Source: Pseudoduganella sp.
GTDB lineage: Bacteria > Pseudomonadota > Gammaproteobacteria > Burkholderiales > Burkholderiaceae_D
Assembly: GCA_036402315.1 (NCBI GenBank)
Contig: DASWTB010000230.1
Span: forward strand, 6,336-70,335
DNA: 64,000 bases
Direction: 5' to 3'
The translations under genes and the position numbers were made by a program. The notes below the pieces were generated by a model that worked only from the letters and a program-made list of their open reading frames with translations, ran no database searches and had not been told where the DNA came from. Shown piece after piece: positions 38,979 to 49,609 of this stretch. Position 1 is the stretch's first letter, and the number at the start of each line of letters is the position of its first letter.

Positions 38979-40219
38979 ATGCGCGTCCAGTTCACCATCG
39001 CCCTCGCCCACCTGCGCCAGCGCCCGCGCTCGACGCTGGTGTCGCTGCTGGGCATCATGCTGGGCGTTGCCTTCTTCCTGGCCGTGTCGGCGCTGATGCG
39101 CGGCTCGGAGCAGGACTTCCTCAAGCGCCTGGTCGACAACAGCCCCCACATCACCGTCATGGACCAGTACCGCACGCCTCATGTGCAGCCGGCCGAACTG
39201 CGCTGGCCCGGCGCAGCACTGGCGATCAGCAACGTCAAGCCGCAGCAGGAAACCCGCGGCATCCGCAACTACCGCAACAAGCTGGAAGCCATCGAGAGCC
39301 TGCCCGGCGTGCGGGTGGCGCCGGTGCTGCGCGGTTCGGCCGTGCTGACTTTTGCCGGCCAGCAGCAAGGTGTCAGCCTGTCGGGCGTGGTGCCCTCGCG
39401 CATGAAAGACGTTTCCACCATTGACGAGCAGATGGTGGCCGGCACGCTCGACGACCTGGCCTCGTCGCCGAACGGCGTGATCATCGGCCAGGGCCTGGCC
39501 GACAAATTCCAGCTCGGTCTCGACAGCACGGTCAGCGTGCTGACGGCCAGCGGCGGCAACCGGGTCATGAAAGTGGTTGGCATTTTCCGCACCGGCAATG
39601 CCGGCTACGACGAAGCCGAAGCGTTCACCCTGCTCAAGCGCGCGCAGGTAATCCTGGAGCGTCCGAACCGCGTCAACCGCTTCATCATCCAGCTGGCCGA
39701 CCCGCAGGCGGCGCGCACGGTCGCCGCCAGCATCGAGTCCAGCATCGGCTACAAGGCGGTGTCCTGGATTGAAGCCTCGGAAGACCTGCTAAGCCTGCTA
39801 TTGGTGCGCAACATCATCATGTACAGCGTGGTGACGGCCATCCTGGTGGTGGCATCGTTCGGCATCTACAACACCATCTCGACCATCGTGGTCGACAAGC
39901 GGCGCGACATCGCCATCCTGAAGGCGATCGGCTTCCAGGCCGCCGACGTGCGCCGCATCTTCCTGTATCAGGGCATGGTGATCGGCCTGCTGGGCAGCGC
40001 CGCCGGCCTCCTGCTGGGCTACGGCATGATGCATGTGCTGGCGCGCGTCGAACTCAAGCCGCCGGGCGTGAGCGATATCGTCAAGATGCCGGTCTGGTGG
40101 GGCGCCGACCAGTACCTGCTGGCGGTGGCCTTTGCCATGACTGCCTGCCTGGGCGCGGCCTACCTGCCGGCCAACAAGGCAGGCAAGCTGCAGCCGGTCA
40201 TGACCTTGCGCGGTGCGAT

Positions 40220-40223
<4 letters not shown>
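38979..40223 (+). CDS. ABC permease, MacB/FtsX/LolE type
   Basis: ATG 38979; TM1, large periplasmic domain, KRRDIAILKAIG. Confidence 0.9.
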
Positions 40224-40914
<691 letters not shown>

Positions 40915-40918
<4 letters not shown>

Positions 40919-40928
40919 TCCAGGTCAT
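40915..40928 (+). promoter_or_regulatory. FNR/Crp-family box upstream of USP 3 (overlaps ABC ATPase stop codon)
   Basis: TTGAT-CCAG-GTCAT, centre about 65 bp before ATG 40987. Confidence 0.72.
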
Positions 40929-40986
40929 GGATCGCGCCCCGCAGCCGGGCGCAGACTGCTTGCATCACCCAAGTGGGAGAACAGCC

Positions 40987-41820
40987 ATGTCCTACCGCAC
41001 CATCGTGGTCCATGTGGACCGCGCACCCAATTCCAGCGCCCGCATCGAACTGGCCGCCCAGCTGGCCATGCGGGAAGGCGCACACCTGGTGGGCGCCGCC
41101 ATGACCGGCGTGCCCCGCTATATGCTGGCCGGCAGCCCCTATGAAGGCAGCGGGGTAGTGATCGGCGAGCACCTGCGCCATGCCAACGAAAGCGCCACCG
41201 CAGCCCTGGCCCGGTTCGAAGAGATTGCCACGCGCATCGGGGTGCCGCACGAGCAGCGCCGCCACGACCTCGACGAATATGCCGGCCTGTACCTGCAGGC
41301 CCGCTACGCCGACTTGCTGGTGCTCGGCCAGGCCGATCCCAACGACCATGAGCAAGGCGGCCTGCTGCTGGACTTGCCGGAGCAGGTATTGATGCATGGT
41401 GGCCGCCCGGTGCTGCTGGTACCGCGCAGCGGCAGCTTTGCGCCGCCCACGCGCCATGCCCTGGTGGCCTGGAACGGCAGCCGCGAAGCAGCGCGGGCGG
41501 CCAGTGCCGCCCTGCCCCTGCTGCAGCAGGCCGGCCAGGTCACGCTGGCGGTGCTGGGCGCAGGCCAGGGCGACCACGGCGAAGAGCCGGGGGCCGATAT
41601 TGCGCTGTACCTGGCACGCCACGGAATCAAGGTCAACGTGCTGGTGCAGCCGCGTCCGGCCGATGCCGGCAAGGCCATCCTGGCATTGGCCGGCGAACTG
41701 GGCGCCGACCTGCTGGTGATGGGCGCTTACGGCCATAGCCGCTGGCGCGAGATGGTGCTGGGTGGCGCCACGCGCAGCATCCTGGCGCAGGCCACATTGC
41801 CGGTCCTGCTGATGCATTGA
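40987..41820 (+). CDS. Universal stress protein, close paralogue of 13481-14317
   Basis: SYRTIVVH, HLVGAAMTG, QARYADL, PGADIALYLARHG, DLLVMGAYGHSR. Confidence 0.93.
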   Translation: MSYRTIVVHVDRAPNSSARIELAAQLAMREGAHLVGAAMTGVPRYMLAGSPYEGSGVVIGEHLRHANESATAALARFEEIATRIGVPHEQRRHDLDEYAGLYLQARYADLLVLGQADPNDHEQGGLLLDLPEQVLMHGGRPVLLVPRSGSFAPPTRHALVAWNGSREAARAASAALPLLQQAGQVTLAVLGAGQGDHGEEPGADIALYLARHGIKVNVLVQPRPADAGKAILALAGELGADLLVMGAYGHSRWREMVLGGATRSILAQATLPVLLMH

Positions 41821-41833
41821 CTGGGAGGCCGCC

Positions 41834-42211
41834 ATGCAGCCGTCGCCGCCGACTTGCCAGGACCAGCTGGACCAGCTTCACGAACACCTGTTTGCGATGA
41901 TCCAGGCGCTGCTGGCGCAGCCGGCCGGCAGCTTTGCGGGGGCCTATCACACCCTGGTCGCAAGCATCGAACAGGACTTTCGCCATGAAGAGCAGTGGAT
42001 GGATAGCTGCCAGTGCGCGGACGCCCATCAGCACCGCGAACAGCATGCACGCATGCTGGCCGGCCTGCACCATGCCGCGGCGGCGCTGGAACAGGGCAAT
42101 CCTGCGCCGGCGCGGCAAGCCGCGGAAGCCTTGCGCGAATGGCTGCCCTTCCATATCGCCACCCAGGACCAGCACTTGCTGCATGCGCTGCGGCTGGAAA
42201 AACGCGCCTGA
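41834..42211 (+). CDS. Hemerythrin-like protein
   Basis: LDQLH, DFRHEE, HREQH, WLPFHIATQD spacing. Confidence 0.8.
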   Translation: MQPSPPTCQDQLDQLHEHLFAMIQALLAQPAGSFAGAYHTLVASIEQDFRHEEQWMDSCQCADAHQHREQHARMLAGLHHAAAALEQGNPAPARQAAEALREWLPFHIATQDQHLLHALRLEKRA

Positions 42212-42332
42212 GCGAGCTCCTGAGCGCAATTCTTGAATTCAAATCAAAAGAGTTTGACCAATACATGGCTTAATCTGCAAATATTGCCCCGGTACACTGC
42301 GATCCATTGAAAAACTCAAGGAGTTCCTTCCA

Positions 42333-43508
42333 ATGCGATCCTCTACCGCCCTGCTTGCACTGGCCACTGGCGCCTTCGCCATCGGCACCACCGAATTCAC
42401 CCCCATGGGCCTGCTGCCCGTGATTGCCGACGGTGTCCAGGTCAGCATCCCCACCGCGGGCATGCTGGTCTCCGCCTATGCCGTCGGCGTGATGGCCGGC
42501 GCCCCGGTCATGACCTTGCTGTTCAGCCGCTTCGGCAAGCGCGCCGCGCTGATGGCGCTGATGCTGATCTTCACCATCGGCAACCTGCTGTCCGCCTTTG
42601 CGCCAAGCTATACCACCCTGCTGCTATCGCGCCTGATCACCAGCCTCAATCACGGCGCCTTCTTCGGCATCGGCGCCGTGGTGGCCGCCAGCGTCGTGCC
42701 CAAGGAGAAGCAGGCCAGCGCCATCGCCGCCATGTTCATGGGCCTGACCGTCGCCAATATCGGCGGCGTGCCGGCCGCCACCTGGATCGGCCAGCAGGTC
42801 GGCTGGCGCGTCGCCTTTGGCGGTACCGCCATGCTGGGCCTGGTGACTATCGCTGCACTCTGGCTGGCCTTGCCCAAGGGCGAAGCCGGCACCCCGCCAG
42901 ACGTGCGGCGCGAACTGAAAGTGCTGACCCGTCCCGACGTGCTGCTGGCGATGGGCACCACTGTGATGGCTTCCGGCGCCATGTTTGCGCTCTACACCTA
43001 TGTGGCGCCGATCCTGGCCGAGATCACGCACGCCAGCCCTGGCTTCGTGGCGTTTGCACTGGTGTTGATCGGTATCGGTTTCACGCTCGGCAACAGCCTT
43101 GGCGGCCGCCTGGCCGACTGGTCGCTGGATGGCGCCACCAAGCTGATTCTGGCAGCACTCGCCGTGATCATGACTCTCCTGCCACTGGTGATGACCACTG
43201 AAGTTGGTGCCGCCATTGGCCTGGTGGTCTGGGGTGCGGCTGCCTTCGGCATGGTACCGCCAGTGCAGATGCGCGTGATGCAAGCTGCGGCGCAGGCGCC
43301 TGGCCTGGCCTCCTCGGTGAATGTAGGCGCCTTCAACCTGGGCAATGCAGTGGGTGCTGCCCTGGGTGGCGTGGTGATTGGCCAGGGCCTGGGCTATGCC
43401 TCGGTGCCACTGGTCGGTGCAGCGCTGGCCGCCGGCGGCCTGGCGCTGGTCTGGCTGGGCAATGCCGGCCGGCGCGATACTTCGGCTTCCGCCGCTTCCT
43501 CGGTCTGA
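42333..43508 (+). CDS. MFS transporter (DHA1/AraJ-like)
   Basis: AFAIGTTEF, HGAFFG, GLTVANIGGVP, GAFNLGNA; about 12 TM. Confidence 0.93.
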   Translation: MRSSTALLALATGAFAIGTTEFTPMGLLPVIADGVQVSIPTAGMLVSAYAVGVMAGAPVMTLLFSRFGKRAALMALMLIFTIGNLLSAFAPSYTTLLLSRLITSLNHGAFFGIGAVVAASVVPKEKQASAIAAMFMGLTVANIGGVPAATWIGQQVGWRVAFGGTAMLGLVTIAALWLALPKGEAGTPPDVRRELKVLTRPDVLLAMGTTVMASGAMFALYTYVAPILAEITHASPGFVAFALVLIGIGFTLGNSLGGRLADWSLDGATKLILAALAVIMTLLPLVMTTEVGAAIGLVVWGAAAFGMVPPVQMRVMQAAAQAPGLASSVNVGAFNLGNAVGAALGGVVIGQGLGYASVPLVGAALAAGGLALVWLGNAGRRDTSASAASSV

Positions 43509-43522
43509 ACCAGGAGCATTCG

Positions 43523-44497
43523 ATGAGCGCTCCTTTGGCTCGCCTGACCGAGGGCGGTTTCAGCATCGGCATCGAGGCCCCGCTGGATAACGATTGGACG
43601 CATGCGGGCGACCAGGCCCGGCAGCAGGCCGGCCGCCTGCCCGGCGAACCGGACTTGCAGCGCCATGCCGAACTGGCGCAACTGGCCGACCGCCTGGGCT
43701 TCCGCGCCTTGTGGGTGCGCGACGTGCCGGTGTATGACCCGGCCTTCGGCGACGCGGCGCAGGTGTTCGAAGTGTTTTCCTATCTTGGCTACCTGGCTGG
43801 CATGACCAAAGACATCCTGCTTGGCACGGCCGCCGTGGTGCTGCCGATCCGCGAGCCGCTGCTCACGCTGAAGTCGGCGGCAACGATCCAGCGCCTGAGC
43901 GGCAATCGTCTTCTGCTGGGCGTGGCCAGCGGCGACCGGCCGGTGGAGTATCCGCTGTTTGGCCGCGATTTCGCCGAACGCGGAAACAGTTTCCGCGAGC
44001 AGGTTGCCTTGCTGCGCGATGGTGCAAAGTCCAGCCTTCCGCCCGGCCTGGATCTGCTGCCACGTACACCAGCGCCCTTGCCGCTGCTGGTGGCAGGGCT
44101 AGCGCAGCAAAGTCCGGCCTGGGTCGGCCAGCATATGGATGGTTCGCTGGCCTATCCCGGCACCCCTGACGATCATGTCCGCCGTGTTGCGGCCTGGCGC
44201 GCCGTGGCCGGCGACAAGCCCTATGCGACCTTCATCCATATGGACCTGAGCGAACGCGCCGATGAGCCGATGCAGCGCTGGCGATTCGGCTTCCGTGGCG
44301 GGCGCAATGCTTTGATCGAAGAACTGGAGGCGCTGCGCGCCGCCGGTGTCGACCACGTAGGCCTGCACTTTCGCCGCAACCGCCGCCCGCTAGCCGAGAC
44401 CTTCCACGAGATCGCCGAACACGTGCTGCCGCTTTTCAGTGCCTCTCGCCCGGGCACTTCTTGCGAGGCGCCCAGTCCCATTGCTCTTTGTTCTTGA
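43523..44497 (+). CDS. Luciferase-like monooxygenase (LLM) class oxidoreductase
   Basis: GFRALWVRDVP, GTAAVVLPIREP, LLLGVASGDRPVEYPLFG. Confidence 0.9.
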   Translation: MSAPLARLTEGGFSIGIEAPLDNDWTHAGDQARQQAGRLPGEPDLQRHAELAQLADRLGFRALWVRDVPVYDPAFGDAAQVFEVFSYLGYLAGMTKDILLGTAAVVLPIREPLLTLKSAATIQRLSGNRLLLGVASGDRPVEYPLFGRDFAERGNSFREQVALLRDGAKSSLPPGLDLLPRTPAPLPLLVAGLAQQSPAWVGQHMDGSLAYPGTPDDHVRRVAAWRAVAGDKPYATFIHMDLSERADEPMQRWRFGFRGGRNALIEELEALRAAGVDHVGLHFRRNRRPLAETFHEIAEHVLPLFSASRPGTSCEAPSPIALCS

Positions 44498-45107
44498 CCA
44501 GCTTGACCTTCCACTTGCGTTCCGGGTCGGAGCTGCAAGAAGCGTTTGCAACCAGTTCGCCGTTGGGCATCCAGGTCGGCGTATCGAGGTCTGCATAACG
44601 GTAATTCGGGTCGCTGCCAGGGATGAAGTTATAGCCTGACCAGGACAGCTTGCCGTTCACCGCATAGACCTTCCATACGCTGCCGTCCATGCCGTCCGGC
44701 TGTTCGCTCGCAAGGTAGGCGCGGCGGTCTTCCGAGAAGTGGACGCTTTCGCCAGCTTCAGTGACGGCTCCGGTCTGCTCGTTAATCAGCTTTCCCGTGA
44801 ACAGGCCGCCGTCCTGGACGTTCACCAGGATGAAGCCTTCTTTACGGTCGCAATAGCTGTAGCGGACTCCGTCAAGCGGCTCGTCATAAGGAGGCTGGTC
44901 CTTGAAGCTGCGAACGCCTGTCGTGGTGGTGACATTCAGCAGGTGAGCGCCTCGTCGCGCCACTACGCCGGGAGCCTGCTTGCGGATGCGCGCTTGTTCT
45001 TTGGGCGGGTCGTATGCGGGGCAATTCAATTCAAGCGGCGCAGCTTGAAGGACGGAGCTGGCAAGCGCCAGCGAAGCGAGCAGGATCGCGTATGGCAGTT
45101 TATTCAT
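44436..45107 (-). CDS. Hypothetical exported protein
   Basis: Likely ATG 45107 (MNKLPYAILLASLALASSVLQA signal); beta-rich mature part with four Cys; 62-bp convergent overlap with LLM gene. Confidence 0.7.
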   Translation of the reverse strand: MNKLPYAILLASLALASSVLQAAPLELNCPAYDPPKEQARIRKQAPGVVARRGAHLLNVTTTTGVRSFKDQPPYDEPLDGVRYSYCDRKEGFILVNVQDGGLFTGKLINEQTGAVTEAGESVHFSEDRRAYLASEQPDGMDGSVWKVYAVNGKLSWSGYNFIPGSDPNYRYADLDTPTWMPNGELVANASCSSDPERKWKVKLVKNKEQWDWAPRKKCPGERH

Positions 45108-45261
45108 CTTGTTTGACTTTTCATCTTTCCTGAAGCCGGGATTCGAGCGGCCGCAGGCTGTAGCCGAACTGGAGATCCAAAAGTCTCTCAAATAGTCACG
45201 AGGACGGACTTTCACTTCAAATGTCGTATCATGCTGGCATATTTGAGCTTCCACTGAACGT

Positions 45262-46503
45262 GTGCATCGATACGATCTGATTAGCTGTCATGACTGCGGC
45301 GTGCTGCACCGCCGGCGCCCGGTGCGTCCGCGCGAGAAGGCGCGCTGCGTGCGCTGCCGGTCCGTCATGTATCGCGGCATCCATTCCGACGCCGGCCGCA
45401 TGGCAGCCATTACCCTGGCCGCCCTGATCGTGTATGTGATCGCCCAGTGCTTCCCGATCGTTGAACTGGACGTGAACGGCAACGCCTCGCGCGCCACGCT
45501 GCTGGGCGCCATCGTCGTGCTGTGGCAGGGCCATATGCCGCTGGTGGCCGCTGCGGTTTTCCTGTTTACCATCCTGCTGCCGGCGATCGAACTGCTGTCG
45601 CTGCTGCACGTGACATTGGCGCTGGCGGCCGGCCACAAGCCGAAGTCGTTCAACCTGCTGCTGCATGCCATCCACCTGGCGCGGCGCTGGGGCATGACGG
45701 AGGTGCTGATGATCGGCATCCTGATCACGATCGTCAAGATGACCAGCCTGGCCACGGTGGTGCTGGAACCAGGCCTGTTCGCGTTCGCTGCGCTCACGCT
45801 CATGCTGGCCATTGTGGTCTCTTTCGATCCCAAGATGCTGTGGAACCTGGGCGATGCACTGACGCCGCAGCCGGACCTGCCCCCGCCAGTGCCGCAGGCG
45901 GCCTTGTCCTGCCACGTCTGCGGTCTGGTTTCCACCGATACCGGCGCGCCGCGCCAGAATTGCCCGCGCTGCCACGCGCGCCTGCACCACCGCCATCCCG
46001 ATAGCCTGACCCGCACCTGGGCGCTGCTGATTGCCGCAGCCATCCTCTACATCCCCGCCAACCTGATGCCCGTGATGTACACGCACTCCCTGTTCGGCAA
46101 GGAGGATGACACCATCATCAGCGGCGTGCTGTATTTCTGGGACAGCGGTTCGCCCGCCCTGGCCGCGATCATCTTCATCGCCAGCATCCTGGTGCCGCTG
46201 CTGAAGCTGGGCGCCCTGTCGCTGCTGGCATGGACAGTGCAGCGCCGTTCGCGCTGGCGCCCCTTGCAGCGTACCGTGCTTTACCGGATGGTCGAATTCG
46301 TGGGACGCTGGTCTATGCTGGACATCTTCGTCATTACCCTGACCGTGGCCCTGGTGCGGTTCCAGACCCTGGCCACCATTACCGCCGGGCCCGGGGCCCT
46401 GGCCTTTTGCGCTGTCGTGGTGCTGACCATGCTCGCTTCGATGCAGTTCGACCCGCGCTTGATCTGGGACCCGGTCCCGCCAAATGGAGAAAAACATGCC
46501 TGA
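45262..46503 (+). CDS. pqiA: Paraquat-inducible protein A (two-domain)
   Basis: CHDC, CVRC, CHVC, CPRC motifs; WGMTEV, LYIPAN, GRWSMLDIFV, FDPRLIWD. Confidence 0.93.
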   Translation: MHRYDLISCHDCGVLHRRRPVRPREKARCVRCRSVMYRGIHSDAGRMAAITLAALIVYVIAQCFPIVELDVNGNASRATLLGAIVVLWQGHMPLVAAAVFLFTILLPAIELLSLLHVTLALAAGHKPKSFNLLLHAIHLARRWGMTEVLMIGILITIVKMTSLATVVLEPGLFAFAALTLMLAIVVSFDPKMLWNLGDALTPQPDLPPPVPQAALSCHVCGLVSTDTGAPRQNCPRCHARLHHRHPDSLTRTWALLIAAAILYIPANLMPVMYTHSLFGKEDDTIISGVLYFWDSGSPALAAIIFIASILVPLLKLGALSLLAWTVQRRSRWRPLQRTVLYRMVEFVGRWSMLDIFVITLTVALVRFQTLATITAGPGALAFCAVVVLTMLASMQFDPRLIWDPVPPNGEKHA

Positions 46504-48133
46504 ACACGACGGCACCCCAGCCAATACCGCCGGTGCGCCCCTGCCCCAGCCCCAGGTCGAAAAGGCCAGCCACTGGCTGCCATCGCTGGTCTGGCTGGTG
46601 CCGCTGCTTGCTGCCCTGATCGGCATCGGCCTGGTGGCCAAGTCCTATTTCGACGAGGGGCCGACGGTGGTAGTAAGTTTCCGCAGCGGCGAAGGGCTCG
46701 AAGCCGGCAAGACCAAGGTGAAATACAAGGACGTGGACATCGGCCAGGTGCGCTCAATCTCTCTCTCCCCGGACCTGAGCAAAGTGCTGGTCACCATCGA
46801 CATGAACAAGGATGCGCGGCGCTTCACCGCGTCAGACACCCGGTTCTGGGTGGTCAAGCCGCGGGTTGGCGTGAGCGGCGTATCCGGCCTGGGCACGCTC
46901 CTTTCCGGCGCCTACATCGGGGTCGATGCCGGCAAATCGAAGGAAAACAGCTACGCATTCACAGGCCTGGAAAAAGTACCCCAGGTGGCGGGCGACCAGA
47001 AAGGCACCCACTACACCTTGCACGGCGAGTCGCTCGGCTCGATCGATGCCGGCTCGCCGGTCTTTTACCGCCGCATCCCGGTCGGCCAGGTGATCAGCTA
47101 CGACCTGGAAAACAACGGCCGGGGCGTGGCGATCAGGGTCTTCGTCAATGCCCCTTACGACCAGTATGTTGGCAAGAATACGCGCTGGTGGCATGCCAGC
47201 GGCGTCGACCTGCAGCTCGATTCCGGCGGCTTCAAGCTGAACACGCAGTCGGTGGCGGCGCTGCTGGTCGGCGGCATCGGCTTCGAGTCGGTCTCCGGCC
47301 GCAAGCCCGACGCGGTCGCGGCCCCGGGCACCGAGTTCCAGCTGGCTGCCGACCAGGCCCGCGCCATGCGCGAGCCGGACGGCGCCCCGATCACCACCGT
47401 GTTCTACTTCAACCAGTCGCTGCGCGGCCTGTCGCCGGGTGCGCCGGTGGACTTCCGCGGCATCGTACTGGGCGAGGTGCGCTCGGTTGGCGTCGAATTC
47501 GACCCGGTCAAGAAAGACTTCCGCATGCCGGTGACGGTCGACATGTATCCGGGACGCCTGGGCCGCCGCTTCCAGGAGACCGTAACCGACGACAAGGACC
47601 GCAACGCCGGACCGCTGGTGCTCGAACGCATGGTCAGCCACGGCCTGCGCGGCCAGCTCCGCACCGGCAACCTGCTGACCGGCCAGCTGTATATCGCGCT
47701 GGACTTCTTCCCCAACGCGGCGCCCGTCAAGCTGGATATGAACGCCTACCCGGTCGAAGTGCCGACCGTGCCGAATGCCCTGGACGAATTGCAGGCGCAG
47801 ATCGCCAGCATCGCGCGCAAGCTGGACAAGGTGCCGTTCGACCAGATCGGCAACAACCTGCGCGACTCGCTGAAGAGCGCCGACAACCTGTTCAAGAAAG
47901 TCGATTCCCAGCTGGTGCCGGAATTGCAGTCCACGCTGGGTGAAGCGCGCCAGACCTTCGGCGCCGCGCAGCAGGTGCTGCAGCAGGATTCGCCGGTGCA
48001 GTCCGACTTGCGCATGGCCTTGCAGCAGCTGACGCAAACCCTGCAATCGCTCAACGAACTGTCCGATTACCTCCAGCGCCACCCGGAAGCGCTGATCCGC
48101 GCCAAACCCCAGCCTGCGAAGGAGAGCAAATGA
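46496..48133 (+). CDS. pqiB: Paraquat-inducible protein B (three MCE domains)
   Basis: VWLVP, GLEAGKTKVKYKDV, TRFWVV, GLRGQLRTGNLLTG, HPEALI. Confidence 0.94.
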   Translation: MPEHDGTPANTAGAPLPQPQVEKASHWLPSLVWLVPLLAALIGIGLVAKSYFDEGPTVVVSFRSGEGLEAGKTKVKYKDVDIGQVRSISLSPDLSKVLVTIDMNKDARRFTASDTRFWVVKPRVGVSGVSGLGTLLSGAYIGVDAGKSKENSYAFTGLEKVPQVAGDQKGTHYTLHGESLGSIDAGSPVFYRRIPVGQVISYDLENNGRGVAIRVFVNAPYDQYVGKNTRWWHASGVDLQLDSGGFKLNTQSVAALLVGGIGFESVSGRKPDAVAAPGTEFQLAADQARAMREPDGAPITTVFYFNQSLRGLSPGAPVDFRGIVLGEVRSVGVEFDPVKKDFRMPVTVDMYPGRLGRRFQETVTDDKDRNAGPLVLERMVSHGLRGQLRTGNLLTGQLYIALDFFPNAAPVKLDMNAYPVEVPTVPNALDELQAQIASIARKLDKVPFDQIGNNLRDSLKSADNLFKKVDSQLVPELQSTLGEARQTFGAAQQVLQQDSPVQSDLRMALQQLTQTLQSLNELSDYLQRHPEALIRAKPQPAKESK

Positions 48134-48732
48134 TGCGCCGGCATGCCCTGACTGTATCCGTAGCGTTTGCAATGTCGCTGGCCGGCTGCGCGAGCGCGCC
48201 GCCGGAACGCTTCTATAGCCTCAGCAACGGCATGGCGCCCGCCGCCAGCGTGCCCAATCCCGGCTACTACATCGAAGTGCAGAACGTCACGGTGCCGCAG
48301 CAGGTGGCGCGCAGCCAGCTTGTCGTCACTTCCGCCGAAGGGCGCATCGACCTGCTGGAGCAGGAACGCTGGTCCTCGCCGCCGGCATCGGAGATCGGGC
48401 AAGCGCTGTCGCTGGCGGTTTCCGGCGAACTTGGCGCCATCGATGTGTTCCGCACGCAGCCGCCGGAAAAGGCCACGGTCTACCGCATCAGCACCAATGT
48501 GCAGCGCTTCGAATCGGCGCCCGGCAAATATGCCCTGCTGGACGCCGTGTGGAGCGTGCGGCTGGCGGGCAGCACGCAAGTGCTGACCTGCCGCAGCACC
48601 GCCCGCGAAGACGTCGGCGCCGGCTACGATGCCCTGGTGATGGGCCATCGCCGCGCCGTAGCCCGGGTTGCGGCCGACATCGCCAGCGCCGTGCGCAGCT
48701 TTGCGTCCGGCAAGGCTGCCTGCCCTTCCTAA
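48130..48732 (+). CDS. pqiC: PqiC lipoprotein
   Basis: Lipobox LAGC, FYSL, VQRFES; last gene of the pqi operon. Confidence 0.9.
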   Translation: MMRRHALTVSVAFAMSLAGCASAPPERFYSLSNGMAPAASVPNPGYYIEVQNVTVPQQVARSQLVVTSAEGRIDLLEQERWSSPPASEIGQALSLAVSGELGAIDVFRTQPPEKATVYRISTNVQRFESAPGKYALLDAVWSVRLAGSTQVLTCRSTAREDVGAGYDALVMGHRRAVARVAADIASAVRSFASGKAACPS

Positions 48733-49538
48733 CTGCCCGACTTTTCGATCAGGATTTTGGTGGCTTCCCGGCGCAAGGCGCTGTCCTTGCCCTGGCCTTC
48801 ACCACCGATCTCGCGCATGGTCGCTGACATATGCGCGCCGGCGGCCATCGTGCCGACCGTGCGCACTGCGGCGCCCACCAGCGGGGCGCCCGGGAACGGC
48901 AGCATGCTGATGGCGGTGGCGCCCAGGTGCACGGCGGCAGTGCCGGCCGCTGTCGCCTGCGCCTCGAACTTCAGCCTGTCCTGCATCGCGCTGGTTACTT
49001 CGTCGATGCCTTCCTTGCTGGTGGTCGCCGCCGCGTAGGCCGTATCGCCGGCCTTTTTCGCAGTCTCGACCATCCGGGCGGGATCGAAATTCTCCACTGC
49101 GTCCTTGACTGCCGCCTTGCCTAGCCGCGCGGCATCACTGGTGGTCAACGGCTCACGTCCGCTCACCATCTTGGCCGCGCCAACGGTCGCTCTGGCGTCG
49201 TCCTTCACTTGATCGGCCATCTTCTGGAACTCCTCGGCCGTCGGCAGGGGCTTCTGCAGCACCGTCCCGGCATCCTCCCCCAGCCGCTGCATCTTGCCTG
49301 CCTGCCCGGCGAGGCCGCTGAAGACCGCGGAACCACCGATGCCGCCGCGGATGGAATCTCCGAGCCTGAACAAGCGTTCATTGCCGGTTCCCGATTGCTG
49401 GACCTGGTGTGGCGGCCGTTGCGTCGACGGCTGGGGCTGCGCCCCCGCTTGCTGCTGCCCGTCGCTGCGGTGGGCCAGCCGGTCGAGCACTGCGCCAGCG
49501 GCTGCGGTACCGGCTGCGGTTGCAATTCTGCTTAGCAT
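48729..49538 (-). CDS. Hypothetical protein, probable type III-secreted substrate
   Basis: AAAGGA RBS; hrp box 29 bp upstream; Q/P/S-rich N-terminal region; Ala/Gly-rich hydrophobic hairpin near C-terminus. Confidence 0.6.
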   Translation of the reverse strand: MLSRIATAAGTAAAGAVLDRLAHRSDGQQQAGAQPQPSTQRPPHQVQQSGTGNERLFRLGDSIRGGIGGSAVFSGLAGQAGKMQRLGEDAGTVLQKPLPTAEEFQKMADQVKDDARATVGAAKMVSGREPLTTSDAARLGKAAVKDAVENFDPARMVETAKKAGDTAYAAATTSKEGIDEVTSAMQDRLKFEAQATAAGTAAVHLGATAISMLPFPGAPLVGAAVRTVGTMAAGAHMSATMREIGGEGQGKDSALRREATKILIEKSGS

Positions 49539-49566
49539 GGTGCGTCCTTTCGTTCGGTGTTCACCA

Positions 49567-49595
49567 TCTGTGGGCGTGTTCCCGGAAAAAGTTCC
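49567..49595 (-). promoter_or_regulatory. hrp box (HrpL ECF-sigma promoter), leftward
   Basis: Minus strand GGAACT-N16-CCACAGA vs consensus GGAACC/T-N15/16-CCACNNA. Confidence 0.85.
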
Positions 49596-49609
49596 CGGCC
49601 CTTCCCGGT

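Noticed and set aside
49540-49600. PIP box (TTCGB-N15-TTCGB) upstream of effector genes
   Set aside because: TTCG half-sites near 49549-49557 lack a partner at 15-bp spacing
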